A DNA stretch of 32,000 nucleotides, taken from contig JAWOFX010000134.1 in NCBI GenBank assembly GCA_046497275.1, positions 1 through 32,000 on the forward strand. The letters are read 5' to 3'. The stretch is from Promethearchaeia archaeon. GTDB taxonomy: Archaea > Asgardarchaeota > Lokiarchaeia > Sigyniarchaeales > SOKP01. Position numbers and translations under genes: made by a program. Below are positions 9,959 through 18,744 of the stretch, piece by piece (within the stretch, counting starts at the first letter, position 1; each line of letters opens with the position of its first letter). The notes under the pieces were generated by a model, which saw nothing but the letters and a program-made list of their open reading frames with translations, was not told the origin of the DNA and searched no databases.

Positions 9959-10516
9959 TTATTTTTTGTTTTTCAAATTTTCAAGTTCATTCTCAATATT
10001 TTGTAGAAAACCTTCTAATTTTTGGATTCTCATCTTAACAAATCGTTTTCTTCTTTCTAAGAGTTTTATCTTTTCTTCCTTCGGGATTTTTTGTGATTTT
10101 CTAAAAATCATTGGGGGGAACATAATGCGTTCGATATCATCATCAAACAAATCATCTTCTTCCAATCCAAATGATGTAATAATTATTGAACGCATTGCCT
10201 TCATCATATCTCTCTGTTTTTGGATCAGTCTTTTTAAAGTTTCCTCGCCTTTCAGTGTTAATTTATAATTTTTCCTTGGACGTTTGTCTTCTTTCTCCTC
10301 TTCAATTATCTGTATTAAGTCATTTTTGCATAAATCATCTAAAAGCGGATACATTGTCGAGGCTGAAGGTTTCCACATGCCAAGCGTAAAATTCTCGATT
10401 TCCTGCATAATTTTATAACCGTGCATCGGTTTTTTTTCCAGAATCGTGAGCACTAGCATACTCATAAATCCTTTTTTCATTGCTCTTTCAAACCGTTTAA
10501 CATGCTCTTCTGTCAT
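9959..10516 (-). CDS. PadR-family transcriptional regulator
   Basis: LVLTILEKKPMHGYKIMQEIE...SASTMYPLLDDL...RPRKNYKLTLKG is the PadR wHTH; C-terminal coiled coil. Confidence 0.93.
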   Translation of the reverse strand: MTEEHVKRFERAMKKGFMSMLVLTILEKKPMHGYKIMQEIENFTLGMWKPSASTMYPLLDDLCKNDLIQIIEEEKEDKRPRKNYKLTLKGEETLKRLIQKQRDMMKAMRSIIITSFGLEEDDLFDDDIERIMFPPMIFRKSQKIPKEEKIKLLERRKRFVKMRIQKLEGFLQNIENELENLKNKK

Positions 10517-10549
10517 TATTCAGGACCTAAAATATTGAGATTAAATTCT

Positions 10550-10598
10550 ATATATCGATCTACGATATATCATTATTATATATAAGTTACCGATATAT
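10550..10598. promoter_or_regulatory. Tandem 8-5-8 inverted-repeat operators upstream of padR, overlapping a TATA-like box
   Basis: ATATATCG-atcta-CGATATAT (10550-10570, perfect) and ATATATaa-gttac-CGATATAT (10578-10598, 2 mismatches). Minus-strand TTATATATAA lies at 10585-10576. Confidence 0.65.
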
Positions 10599-10985
10599 AT
10601 AAAAACTCTTAAATTAAGCTATTGAAAAAAAAATAGGTTCTCTTAGAAATTAAAATTAAATTTCAACTAAATTGAACTAAAGATGAGGAATATAATTTCA
10701 CATATTTCACGATATTAATAAATTCTGATTACTTTTTCCATTCCATTCCAAATAATTTATAGCTATCTGATACACCCATTAAATTTTCTACTTGAATACG
10801 GAATCCTTCAATATTTGAGACAAAAGGCACGAAATCCATAAAATCTCTTTTTTTATTTTTTTTAATACTAGGAATGAGATTTCTAAATTCTATTGTTATC
10901 TAAAAGAATTCTGATCACATAAAATTATGAAATATTACTATAAGATATAAATTGAACGGAGAGTATTTGTAATAAGAGAGTCAAT

Positions 10986-11450
10986 ATGAGTGAAATCGTT
11001 CCAGAAAAAATTCATATAAAATATCTTGATTCGATTGAGAATAGAGAATCATTTTTGCCGCGAAAATATACTCTCACTCATTCAGATTTTACGGGAGATC
11101 TCTTTTTAACAATTAGTAAAGAATATGATACTGAAGAGTTTTCAGATTTCTATACGAAATTAATGAGGGATGAAGTGTTAGCAGAATGGAAGAAGAATGA
11201 GGATGAATATGAGCTTCATGTGTATCTCCACGTAAGCGGCGGTTTTGCTTTTGGTGGGGCATGGCTGCGAGATAAGATATTTCGACATCATATGCCTCAT
11301 GTCTTAAAAGTAATTAGATATGGGGATAATGAACTTTTTGAAGCGATTCCAGAACTTGATAACTGTAATATTATAGTCCATTTTCAATCGCAAAAAAAGA
11401 AATATGACACTGTTGAAAACTTTGGGCAATTTAGAGAGTATAAAGAATAG
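10986..11450 (+). CDS. Stay-green (SGR) family protein, Mg-dechelatase homolog
   Basis: LPRKYTLTHSDFTGDLFLTI, LMRDEVLAEWKK, LHVYLHVSGG and KVIRYGD match the plant/bacterial Staygreen motifs (PRxYTLTHxD, RDEVxAEW). Putative metal ligands H32, D34 and D62 are intact. Confidence 0.9.
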   Translation: MSEIVPEKIHIKYLDSIENRESFLPRKYTLTHSDFTGDLFLTISKEYDTEEFSDFYTKLMRDEVLAEWKKNEDEYELHVYLHVSGGFAFGGAWLRDKIFRHHMPHVLKVIRYGDNELFEAIPELDNCNIIVHFQSQKKKYDTVENFGQFREYKE

Positions 11451-11504
11451 ATACCCATAATTAAACTTTTAGAATAAAACTTCCCTATTAAATTACTATT
11501 CATT

Positions 11505-12848
11505 ATGAATTCTAGACGAGTCCGGCAATTAAAAAAGGCACCTGAAAAAAAAGGACCAATTTTATATTGGATGAGTAGAGATCAGCGAATAAACGACAAT
11601 TGGGCGTTAATATATGCCCAAGAGAAAGCAATAAAAACAAAAAGTCCGCTTGTTGTTATTTTTAACTTATTGCCAGAGTTCAAGGAAGCAACCATGAGAG
11701 CATATAAGTTTATGGTAAATGGATTACAAAAATTAGAAAAAAAGTTAGACTCACTTAACATCTCATTTGTTCTCAAACAAGGATACTCCGAAGAAACCAT
11801 CCCAAATTTTATTGATGATTACAATATAAGTGTATTGATCACTGATTTCTCTCCCCTCAAGATAAAACAAGCATGGATTGATAAAATAAAAGACCTTATC
11901 TCAGTTCCCTTTTATGAAGTAGATGCTCATAATATAATCCCAGTCTGGGAAGCCTCGAATAAAAAGGAATATGCTGCCTATACATTACGTAGTAAGATTG
12001 AAAGCAAATTAAATCAATATTTAGATGAATTTCCAAAAATAAAAAAACATCCAAACCCCTGGAATGAAAATTTTTCTTCTATTGAATGGTCTAAAATCTT
12101 TAATAAAATGAATCTTCAACAAATTCAATCTAATAGCATTGATTTTATATCTGGAGAAGATGAAGCTCATAAAACTTTAAAAAAATTCCTTAAAACTAAA
12201 TTTCATGACTATAATAGGGATAGGAATGATCCAACCAAAGACGCGACTTCTAATTTGTCTCCTTATTTACATTTTGGACACATAGCGTCTCAGAGAGTGG
12301 TTTTAGAAGCTCAAAAAGTGAAACCAATAAAACAGTTAAAAAACTCCTTTTATGATGAGATTATTGTTCGAAAAGAATTATCTGATAATTTCTGCTTTTA
12401 TGAATCTAGCTATGATGCTTTTGAAGGATTTCATTCTTGGGCAAAAGAAACGTTAAATACCCATCGTAATAATGAAAGAGAATATATCTATTCGACAGAA
12501 GATTTCGAAAATGCAAAAACTCATGATGATGCGTGGAATGCTGCTCAACTTCAGATGGTCAAAACAGGAAAAATGCATGGATATATGAGGATGTATTGGG
12601 GGAAAAAGATTCTTGAATGGACGGAATCTCCAGAGCAGGCTCTTGATATTGCGATTTATTTGAATGATAAATACGAATTGGATGGGAGAGATCCAAATGG
12701 ATATACGGGAATTGCATGGTCCATAGGTGGTATTCATGATAGAGCATGGAAGGAGCGAAAAATCTTTGGAAAGGTAAGATATATGTCCTATAATGGTTTA
12801 AAGAGAAAATTTGATATTCAAAATTTTATAGATAATTATAATTCTTAA
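11505..12848 (+). CDS. phr: Class II CPD DNA photolyase
   Basis: ILYWMSRDQRINDNWAL, SNLSPYLHFGHI, EIIVRKELSDNFCFY, MHGYMRMYWGKKILEW and NDKYELDGRDPNGYTGIAWSIGGIHDRAWKERKIFGKVRYM are diagnostic of class II photolyases. Confidence 0.97.
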   Translation: MNSRRVRQLKKAPEKKGPILYWMSRDQRINDNWALIYAQEKAIKTKSPLVVIFNLLPEFKEATMRAYKFMVNGLQKLEKKLDSLNISFVLKQGYSEETIPNFIDDYNISVLITDFSPLKIKQAWIDKIKDLISVPFYEVDAHNIIPVWEASNKKEYAAYTLRSKIESKLNQYLDEFPKIKKHPNPWNENFSSIEWSKIFNKMNLQQIQSNSIDFISGEDEAHKTLKKFLKTKFHDYNRDRNDPTKDATSNLSPYLHFGHIASQRVVLEAQKVKPIKQLKNSFYDEIIVRKELSDNFCFYESSYDAFEGFHSWAKETLNTHRNNEREYIYSTEDFENAKTHDDAWNAAQLQMVKTGKMHGYMRMYWGKKILEWTESPEQALDIAIYLNDKYELDGRDPNGYTGIAWSIGGIHDRAWKERKIFGKVRYMSYNGLKRKFDIQNFIDNYNS

Positions 12849-12866
12849 AAAAAGAGGTAGATAGAT

Positions 12867-13859
12867 TTGAATGAGTTTGTAAAACCGACGGTAGTAAGCT
12901 CAAAATGCATTGAATTTGAGTATTGTCGTTATAATGCGAATATTATAAGTAGTGATGTAGTAAAAGAGATGAAGAGTTTTGTAAACTTTATCCCTGTGTG
13001 TCCAGAAGTTGAAATCGGGTTGGGTGTTCCAAGAGATCCAATTCGGATTATTCAAGAGGATGATTCTTTAACATTAATGCAAAGTTCCACGGGAAGAGAT
13101 GTGACATCCTCAATGATTAATTTTGCGGAAAATTTCTTAGATTCTCTGGATTATGTAGATGGATTTATTTTGAAATATAAATCACCGTCTTGTGGCACTA
13201 AACACACTCCATATTTGGCAAGCATCCAAAAAGGGGCAGCGAAATTAGGAATGGGTCCTGGTTTGTTCGGAAAAGTAGTAATGGAAAGATTTCCAAATTT
13301 ACCTATTGAAAATGAAGGGAGACTGAAAAATTTCAGAATACGAGAATATTTTTTAACTAAATTATACACAATTGCTAGGTTTAGAGAAGTCAAGAATTCT
13401 GAAAAAATGCGAAGATTAGTTGACTTTCAGGCAAACAATAAATTTCTTTTCATGGCATATAATCAGGCAGAGATGAGAGAAATGGGTCGTATAGTCGCAA
13501 ATCAAGAAAAACAATCTTTCTCAACACTCATAACAAAATATGAATCTCATCTTCTCAAACTTTTAGCTTATCCACCAAAATTTACTTCTCACATAAATGT
13601 GTTGATGCATATGTTAGGTTATTTCTCAGATGACCTTACAAAAGATGAGAAGGCATATTTTCTTGATGAATTGGAAAAATATCGAGCAGGATGGATCCCA
13701 TTATTCGTTATGAGAAGTCTACTGAAATCTTGGATAGTAAGATTTAATCAGCCCTATTTAAAAACTCAGACCTATTTCGAAATCTTTCCGGAAGAGCTCA
13801 TGAGATTTGATTTAAAAGATACTTGGCGGGGGAGAAGTTATTGGGAGAAACCAAAATGA
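12867..13859 (+). CDS. rudS: DUF523 (TudS thiouracil desulfidase)-DUF1722 (YbgA) fusion, RudS-like tRNA 4-thiouridine desulfidase; TTG start
   Basis: SSKC...CRYN, PVCPEVEIGLGVPRDPIR and KSPSCG supply the three TudS [4Fe-4S] Cys; the DUF1722 half has HINVLMHMLGYF and YLKTQTYF. AGAGGT SD lies upstream. Confidence 0.85.
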   Translation: MNEFVKPTVVSSKCIEFEYCRYNANIISSDVVKEMKSFVNFIPVCPEVEIGLGVPRDPIRIIQEDDSLTLMQSSTGRDVTSSMINFAENFLDSLDYVDGFILKYKSPSCGTKHTPYLASIQKGAAKLGMGPGLFGKVVMERFPNLPIENEGRLKNFRIREYFLTKLYTIARFREVKNSEKMRRLVDFQANNKFLFMAYNQAEMREMGRIVANQEKQSFSTLITKYESHLLKLLAYPPKFTSHINVLMHMLGYFSDDLTKDEKAYFLDELEKYRAGWIPLFVMRSLLKSWIVRFNQPYLKTQTYFEIFPEELMRFDLKDTWRGRSYWEKPK

Positions 13860-14548
13860 AATTAATTGGTCTCATTGGAGGTATGAGTTGGGAAAATACT
13901 ATTGACTACTACAGAGTAATTAATGAAATAGTTAATGAAAGATTAGGAGATTGGAATTCAGCAAAAATAATACTCTATTCAGTTAATTTTCAAGAAATTT
14001 TACCGCTTCAAAATAGTGATAAATGGGATATAATTACTGAAGAGATGATTGAAATCTGCAAAAAACTTGAATTGATAGGATGCAAAGCTATTGTAATTTG
14101 TTCAAATACGATGCATAAGATCGCCGATCAAATTGAATCACAGATTTCAATTCCCATCATTCATGTCGTTGATGAGACCTCAAAAGCAATAAAAAAGAAG
14201 AACATTAATAAAGTAGGGTTATTAGGCACTAGATTTACCATGGAAGGAGGCTTTTATGTTAGAAGACTAGAAGATAGGCACAATCTCTCTGTATTACTCC
14301 CAAAAAAGATGGAAAGAGACTACATTCACAATGCGATTTATACTGAATTTGCTAAAGGTATATTTAAGAATAAAACTAAGGAAAAATTTTTAGAAATTAT
14401 ACATGAACTAATAAATAATGGGGCAAAGGGAATAATCCTTGGCTGTACAGAGATTCCCTTAGTTATTAAGCCCAAGGATGTGAAAATTCCTTTATTTGAT
14501 ACTCTTAAAATCCACCTTCTGGGTGCTGTTGATTACATGCTAAATTAA
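13856..14548 (+). CDS. Aspartate/glutamate racemase family protein (YgeA/RacX-like)
   Basis: MKLIGLIGGMSWENTIDYY, CSNTMH, GLLGTRFTM, ILGCTEIPL. Start moved from 13823 to the ATG at 13856, which forms an ATGA overlap with the upstream stop. Confidence 0.93.
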   Translation: MKLIGLIGGMSWENTIDYYRVINEIVNERLGDWNSAKIILYSVNFQEILPLQNSDKWDIITEEMIEICKKLELIGCKAIVICSNTMHKIADQIESQISIPIIHVVDETSKAIKKKNINKVGLLGTRFTMEGGFYVRRLEDRHNLSVLLPKKMERDYIHNAIYTEFAKGIFKNKTKEKFLEIIHELINNGAKGIILGCTEIPLVIKPKDVKIPLFDTLKIHLLGAVDYMLN

Positions 14549-14763
14549 TCATTAGAGACCTCTAAACCTCTGACAACATTACGATTAGTATTCACACTAA
14601 TTATTATATTGATGAAATGAGCAGAGGAAATTGAAATTAAGTTTTTATAAACAATATATTAAAATTGCCTTTAAAAATAATAAAATCACCGGTAGAGTTT
14701 TTGAAATCATAAAAAAAACCTTTTTTATCAATTAACCGTGAATTAAAATAAGGTGAAAAAAAA

Positions 14764-15255
14764 ATGGTAAATTTTATTTCCCAAGAAATGAACGATTTAA
14801 TGAATAAACAAATCGTCGAAGAACTAAGATCAGCATATATATACTTAGGAATGGCTGCGTGGGCGGATCGAGAGGGTCTAAAAGGCTTCGCTCAGTTTAT
14901 GCGTACACATGCAGAACAAGAAGAATATAAACATGCAATGAAATTCGTAGATTATATCTTAGAAGCTGGAGGTAAAGTAGAATATGGAACAATTGAAAAA
15001 ATCTCGACTGACTGGCAGGATGTTGAAACCGTTTTAAAAGAGGCAATTTCCCATGAAGAACATATTACCAGCACAATAAAGAATTTAATGGATTTAGCTC
15101 AACAGAAGAATGAAGTATATGCATTTGAACTTTTAAATTGGTTTCTTGAAGAGCAAATGGAAGAGGAGAATCTATTCACTGATCTCTATGATGCTTTTAA
15201 ACTAAGTGGCAGAAATCTTCTTATGTGGGACAGAAATATTAAACATCCAGAATAA
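14764..15255 (+). CDS. ftn: Non-heme ferritin
   Basis: MNKQIVEELRSAYIYLGMA, EEYKHAMKFVDY, AISHEEHIT and LLNWFLEEQMEEE give the ferroxidase-centre pattern; GGTGA SD at 14752-14756. Confidence 0.93.
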   Translation: MVNFISQEMNDLMNKQIVEELRSAYIYLGMAAWADREGLKGFAQFMRTHAEQEEYKHAMKFVDYILEAGGKVEYGTIEKISTDWQDVETVLKEAISHEEHITSTIKNLMDLAQQKNEVYAFELLNWFLEEQMEEENLFTDLYDAFKLSGRNLLMWDRNIKHPE

Positions 15256-15306
15256 TATAAACAAATTTATGAGATATTCTTTTTTTTTATTATATTTAAT
15301 TTTTTT

Positions 15307-15990
15307 TTAGATAAACTCAAGAGAAAATTCTACAATATCATTTTCGAAATCCATTTTTTCAATCTGAGCCCTAACCTTCAAATTTAGCTTTTTTTGGATA
15401 GATTTTTCAATAACGCCCATCATAATATAAAAATGAATTTGCATAAATCTCCCAAGTTCTTTTATATTACTCAGACGATATATGGCTCTCTTCTTATGCT
15501 CATCTAATTTAGTAATAACATTTATTTTATTTCTATAGACAAATTGAACGAATGGAATCATGCTTCCAAAATAAGTTAAAAATTTATCCACGGACTTTCC
15601 GTTGTTTTTTGGGAGAACTTCTGCGGGTACTTTCGAACCGTAAGGAAAATCCATATAATCAGCTATTTTTTTTCCTATCATTTTTAATTTTTCTTTATCT
15701 TCAATGAACTGGTCTAACCCATTCAACAACCCCTCAAAATACGAAAAGACCATTTCTCTGGGAATTAACTGGCTTTTGGAACTATAATAGAGTTTATACG
15801 CACCAATTTCTTTGAAAAATACTTCTTGCCGTTCTAACAAAATCGCTATATATTTTCCAGCAGTAACGCGAGAGGTATTTATACCCTTTGCGATATCAGT
15901 GATGGTTACCCCTGAAGGATTATGATCAATGAAGGCGATAATTTCCTCTCTATACTCCTCAGCAGACTTTTTGTTCTTTGATTTTTTCAT
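15307..15990 (-). CDS. Winged-HTH regulator with C-terminal V4R/H-NOX-like alpha/beta domain (putative)
   Basis: N-terminal HTH GVTITDIAKGINTSRVTAGKYIAIL. The C-terminal GKKIA...YRLSN...HFYIMMGVIE...VEFSLEF resembles the V4R-like fold (by eye). Confidence 0.65.
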   Translation of the reverse strand: MKKSKNKKSAEEYREEIIAFIDHNPSGVTITDIAKGINTSRVTAGKYIAILLERQEVFFKEIGAYKLYYSSKSQLIPREMVFSYFEGLLNGLDQFIEDKEKLKMIGKKIADYMDFPYGSKVPAEVLPKNNGKSVDKFLTYFGSMIPFVQFVYRNKINVITKLDEHKKRAIYRLSNIKELGRFMQIHFYIMMGVIEKSIQKKLNLKVRAQIEKMDFENDIVEFSLEFI

Positions 15991-16025
15991 TTTAAAGTAG
16001 TTTATTTTTTTAATTAAAAATAATC

Positions 16026-17540
16026 TTAATTGTACGCATCTCTTTCTGGATACCGTGGATATAATCTAATTATTTCTCTTAACATTCGATCAGTCAATTC
16101 CTTTCTAAGATTTTCATCATCCCATAAATTATTCATTTCATCGGGATCTTCCTTCAGATTATAAATATCTCCAAACTCAGGTAAGCTTTCATATATTGTA
16201 TACCTAAAAGTTTCAGTAACGAGGGTGCGTAATCTCATAATCTTATCTTTGGCTATCTCCTCATCATGTTCTATTAAAATTTGGTCGCGAATTTTTTTAT
16301 CTGGATTCTCTAAAACTTCGGTAAAATCATACCCTTGCATTCGTTTTGGATGATATTTTTCTCTGATTCCTAACATATTTAAGATTGTTTTTGGCAGATC
16401 AATTGTTGAAATGAGTGAATTTGAAACCTTATTTACCGATTTACCAGGAACTTTCCATAAAAGTGGTATATTAATTAAATTATTGTAATGTGCGGGACCT
16501 TTCAATATTAAACCATGATCTCCACATAAATCCGCATGATCACTTGTGAAGATAATCATTGTATTTTCAAAAAGTCCTAATTCATTTAATTTTTCCAATA
16601 TCGCTCCGACACCATCATCAATCATGGAAATAGATCCATATGTTAATGCGGTAAATTTTTTAGCAGTTTTTTCATCAACTTTTTGAGGTAATAGATGTCT
16701 AAACCGAGCATCCTTTATATGTTGACCCAAAAATGGATGTTCAAGCAAATTTTCACCGTCTTTGAAACTAGGTGGTAATATGATATCTTCAGGTGAGTAA
16801 AGATCCTTATATTTTCCCGGAGGACAGACCGGATGATGTGGATCATTATAAGAACAATGCAAAAAGAAGGGTTTATCTCCATACTCTCCTTCTGAATATC
16901 TCTCAAAAAACGCAAGAGTTTGTTCGGTTATATAATGAGTAGGGTAAAGCTCCTCAGGCAACTCAGTCTCATAATAATTTTCATTTATAGCCAGAAATCG
17001 GTTTTTTAACTTATCTATATTTTCATAATTTTGCTCTTTTAGCCATTCAAAATAATGCCCTCCCATCACATCTCCATGTCCAACTGTTAATAAAACCTCA
17101 TCAAATCCATAATAAGGGGTCGGAAATGGATTTGGAATTTGTCCCATCATCCATGCGGAGATGTCTTCCAGAGAAGATACATTTCTACTAAAGGGATGAG
17201 AAAAAAAATTGAAATGGGTTTTCCCAATCGAAATTGTATGGTATCCTTTCTCTCTTAAGCTGTCTGCTATCGTTTTTTCTTCTGGATTTAAATTAATTCC
17301 ATTTGATCTGGTTCCATGAACACTTGGATAAGAACCTGTGAAAAAATTTGCTCTATTCGGCATGCAAATCGGAGTATTGCAATAATAATTCGTAAATCTA
17401 ACTCCATCCTCACCGATTTTATCAATATTTGGCGTCTTGAGAACTCGATTCCCATAACAACTTAAATGATCTGTTCTTTGCTGATCGGTAATTATAAACA
17501 ATACATTGATCTTTTTGCTCATTTTTGAATCATTTTCCAT
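16026..17540 (-). CDS. Formylglycine-dependent (Cys-type) sulfatase, paralog A
   Basis: NVLFIITDQQR, YCNTPICMPNRA (CxPxR), IGKTH, SYNDPHHP, FTSDHAD, YNLKEDPDEMNNLW. Confidence 0.93.
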   Translation of the reverse strand: MENDSKMSKKINVLFIITDQQRTDHLSCYGNRVLKTPNIDKIGEDGVRFTNYYCNTPICMPNRANFFTGSYPSVHGTRSNGINLNPEEKTIADSLREKGYHTISIGKTHFNFFSHPFSRNVSSLEDISAWMMGQIPNPFPTPYYGFDEVLLTVGHGDVMGGHYFEWLKEQNYENIDKLKNRFLAINENYYETELPEELYPTHYITEQTLAFFERYSEGEYGDKPFFLHCSYNDPHHPVCPPGKYKDLYSPEDIILPPSFKDGENLLEHPFLGQHIKDARFRHLLPQKVDEKTAKKFTALTYGSISMIDDGVGAILEKLNELGLFENTMIIFTSDHADLCGDHGLILKGPAHYNNLINIPLLWKVPGKSVNKVSNSLISTIDLPKTILNMLGIREKYHPKRMQGYDFTEVLENPDKKIRDQILIEHDEEIAKDKIMRLRTLVTETFRYTIYESLPEFGDIYNLKEDPDEMNNLWDDENLRKELTDRMLREIIRLYPRYPERDAYN

Positions 17541-17580
17541 TTATTGATTGATTTATTTTTAGAATAATTTTTATTATGAT

Positions 17581-18726
17581 CTATACTTCATTATCAGCCT
17601 TACTAAAGAATTCTTCTTCTGTTGGAGGGTAATATATCTCTACTTCACCTTCTTTATCGATCTTTTTTACGTATTCTCTTCCCTCCTCATCAATAAAGAC
17701 TTTTCCAGAAGTTTTTAATAATTTTAACAATTCGACTCTCTTTTTTGGATCAGCAACGCATATAAAATTACAATTTCCGCATCGAGGATTAGTATCTTTC
17801 AAAGGTCTTTCTGCCACATTTTCTGTGGAACCTACTTTCCCGTATGATTTAAGTATTTCCCTATTAAATTTCTTCAGATTTTCTGGAGTATTTTCATCTA
17901 ACAGGATTTTTCTCATTATTTTTTTAACAAGCATAGGATCATCTTTCCATTCTTGATTACTATATTCTTTCAAACAGATATGATCCGCACTCCAAGTGCT
18001 CCAATCTCCATCCTCTGATAAACCTGTCAATCCAGCACATCCAATAGCACATTTAGAATAAATCCCTCGTTTTGCATATACTTCTTTTTTTCCTCCAATA
18101 ATAACTTCTTGAGTTTCCTCTTCCTGTTTCTTATCAAAAAACCCAGTTGTACACGCTTGATAACATATCATACATTTATTACAGTGATTTTCTTCTGCCA
18201 TTGGATCTGGTTCCAAACGTGCTGTTGTTAAGACTCCTCCGAGATATAACGAGCCACCATATTCTTCAGTTATTAAATTCCCTGACCATCCTATATGTCC
18301 CAATCCTGCTGCAACTGCGCCGTATCTTAATGAAAAATCAGGGTATGACTTATCGTCCTTAAAAATATTCGAATAACCTCCCTTTTTTCTATATTTGCCA
18401 TTTGGAATAACCGCAAATGCTTTAAAGTTAGTATTCTCTTCAATAAATTCTTTAATTTTAACAGCTGTTTTCCATGCGGTAGTATAAGCAAAATGTTGGA
18501 ATTTTTTAAGACTCATTCTTTCTCTCTTGGCAAAATAATTTTCTAATGCTTCAATGGGATTGGGATATGCCCATATTATACAACTTTTTGCATCTGGTAA
18601 AGAATATTCCATATCTGCGGAAGGAGGAGCATCTTTTAACCTTTCTCTATTACCTACACCAACTAGTTTTGCGCCTGAATCTAAAACTATTTTCTTAATC
18701 TCTTCTTTCAATTCATTTAAATTCAT
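17581..18726 (-). CDS. Cobalamin/Fe-S reductive dehalogenase-epoxyqueuosine reductase superfamily protein with long insertion
   Basis: SGAKLVGV, LRYGAVAAGLGHIGWSGNLITEEYGGSLYLGGVLTTARLEPD, CNKCMICYQAC, KC and a distal CGNCNFIC; no Tat motif. Confidence 0.8.
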   Translation of the reverse strand: MNLNELKEEIKKIVLDSGAKLVGVGNRERLKDAPPSADMEYSLPDAKSCIIWAYPNPIEALENYFAKRERMSLKKFQHFAYTTAWKTAVKIKEFIEENTNFKAFAVIPNGKYRKKGGYSNIFKDDKSYPDFSLRYGAVAAGLGHIGWSGNLITEEYGGSLYLGGVLTTARLEPDPMAEENHCNKCMICYQACTTGFFDKKQEEETQEVIIGGKKEVYAKRGIYSKCAIGCAGLTGLSEDGDWSTWSADHICLKEYSNQEWKDDPMLVKKIMRKILLDENTPENLKKFNREILKSYGKVGSTENVAERPLKDTNPRCGNCNFICVADPKKRVELLKLLKTSGKVFIDEEGREYVKKIDKEGEVEIYYPPTEEEFFSKADNEV

Positions 18727-18744
18727 ATTAATTTATTTAACATA

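Noticed and set aside
10729-10839. 36-aa minus-strand ORF MDFVPFVSNIEGFRIQVENLMGVSDSYKLFGMEWKK in the 470-bp padR/SGR gap
   Set aside because: No recognisable family and no SD. It could be a gene remnant or chance; it needs a homology search before any claim.
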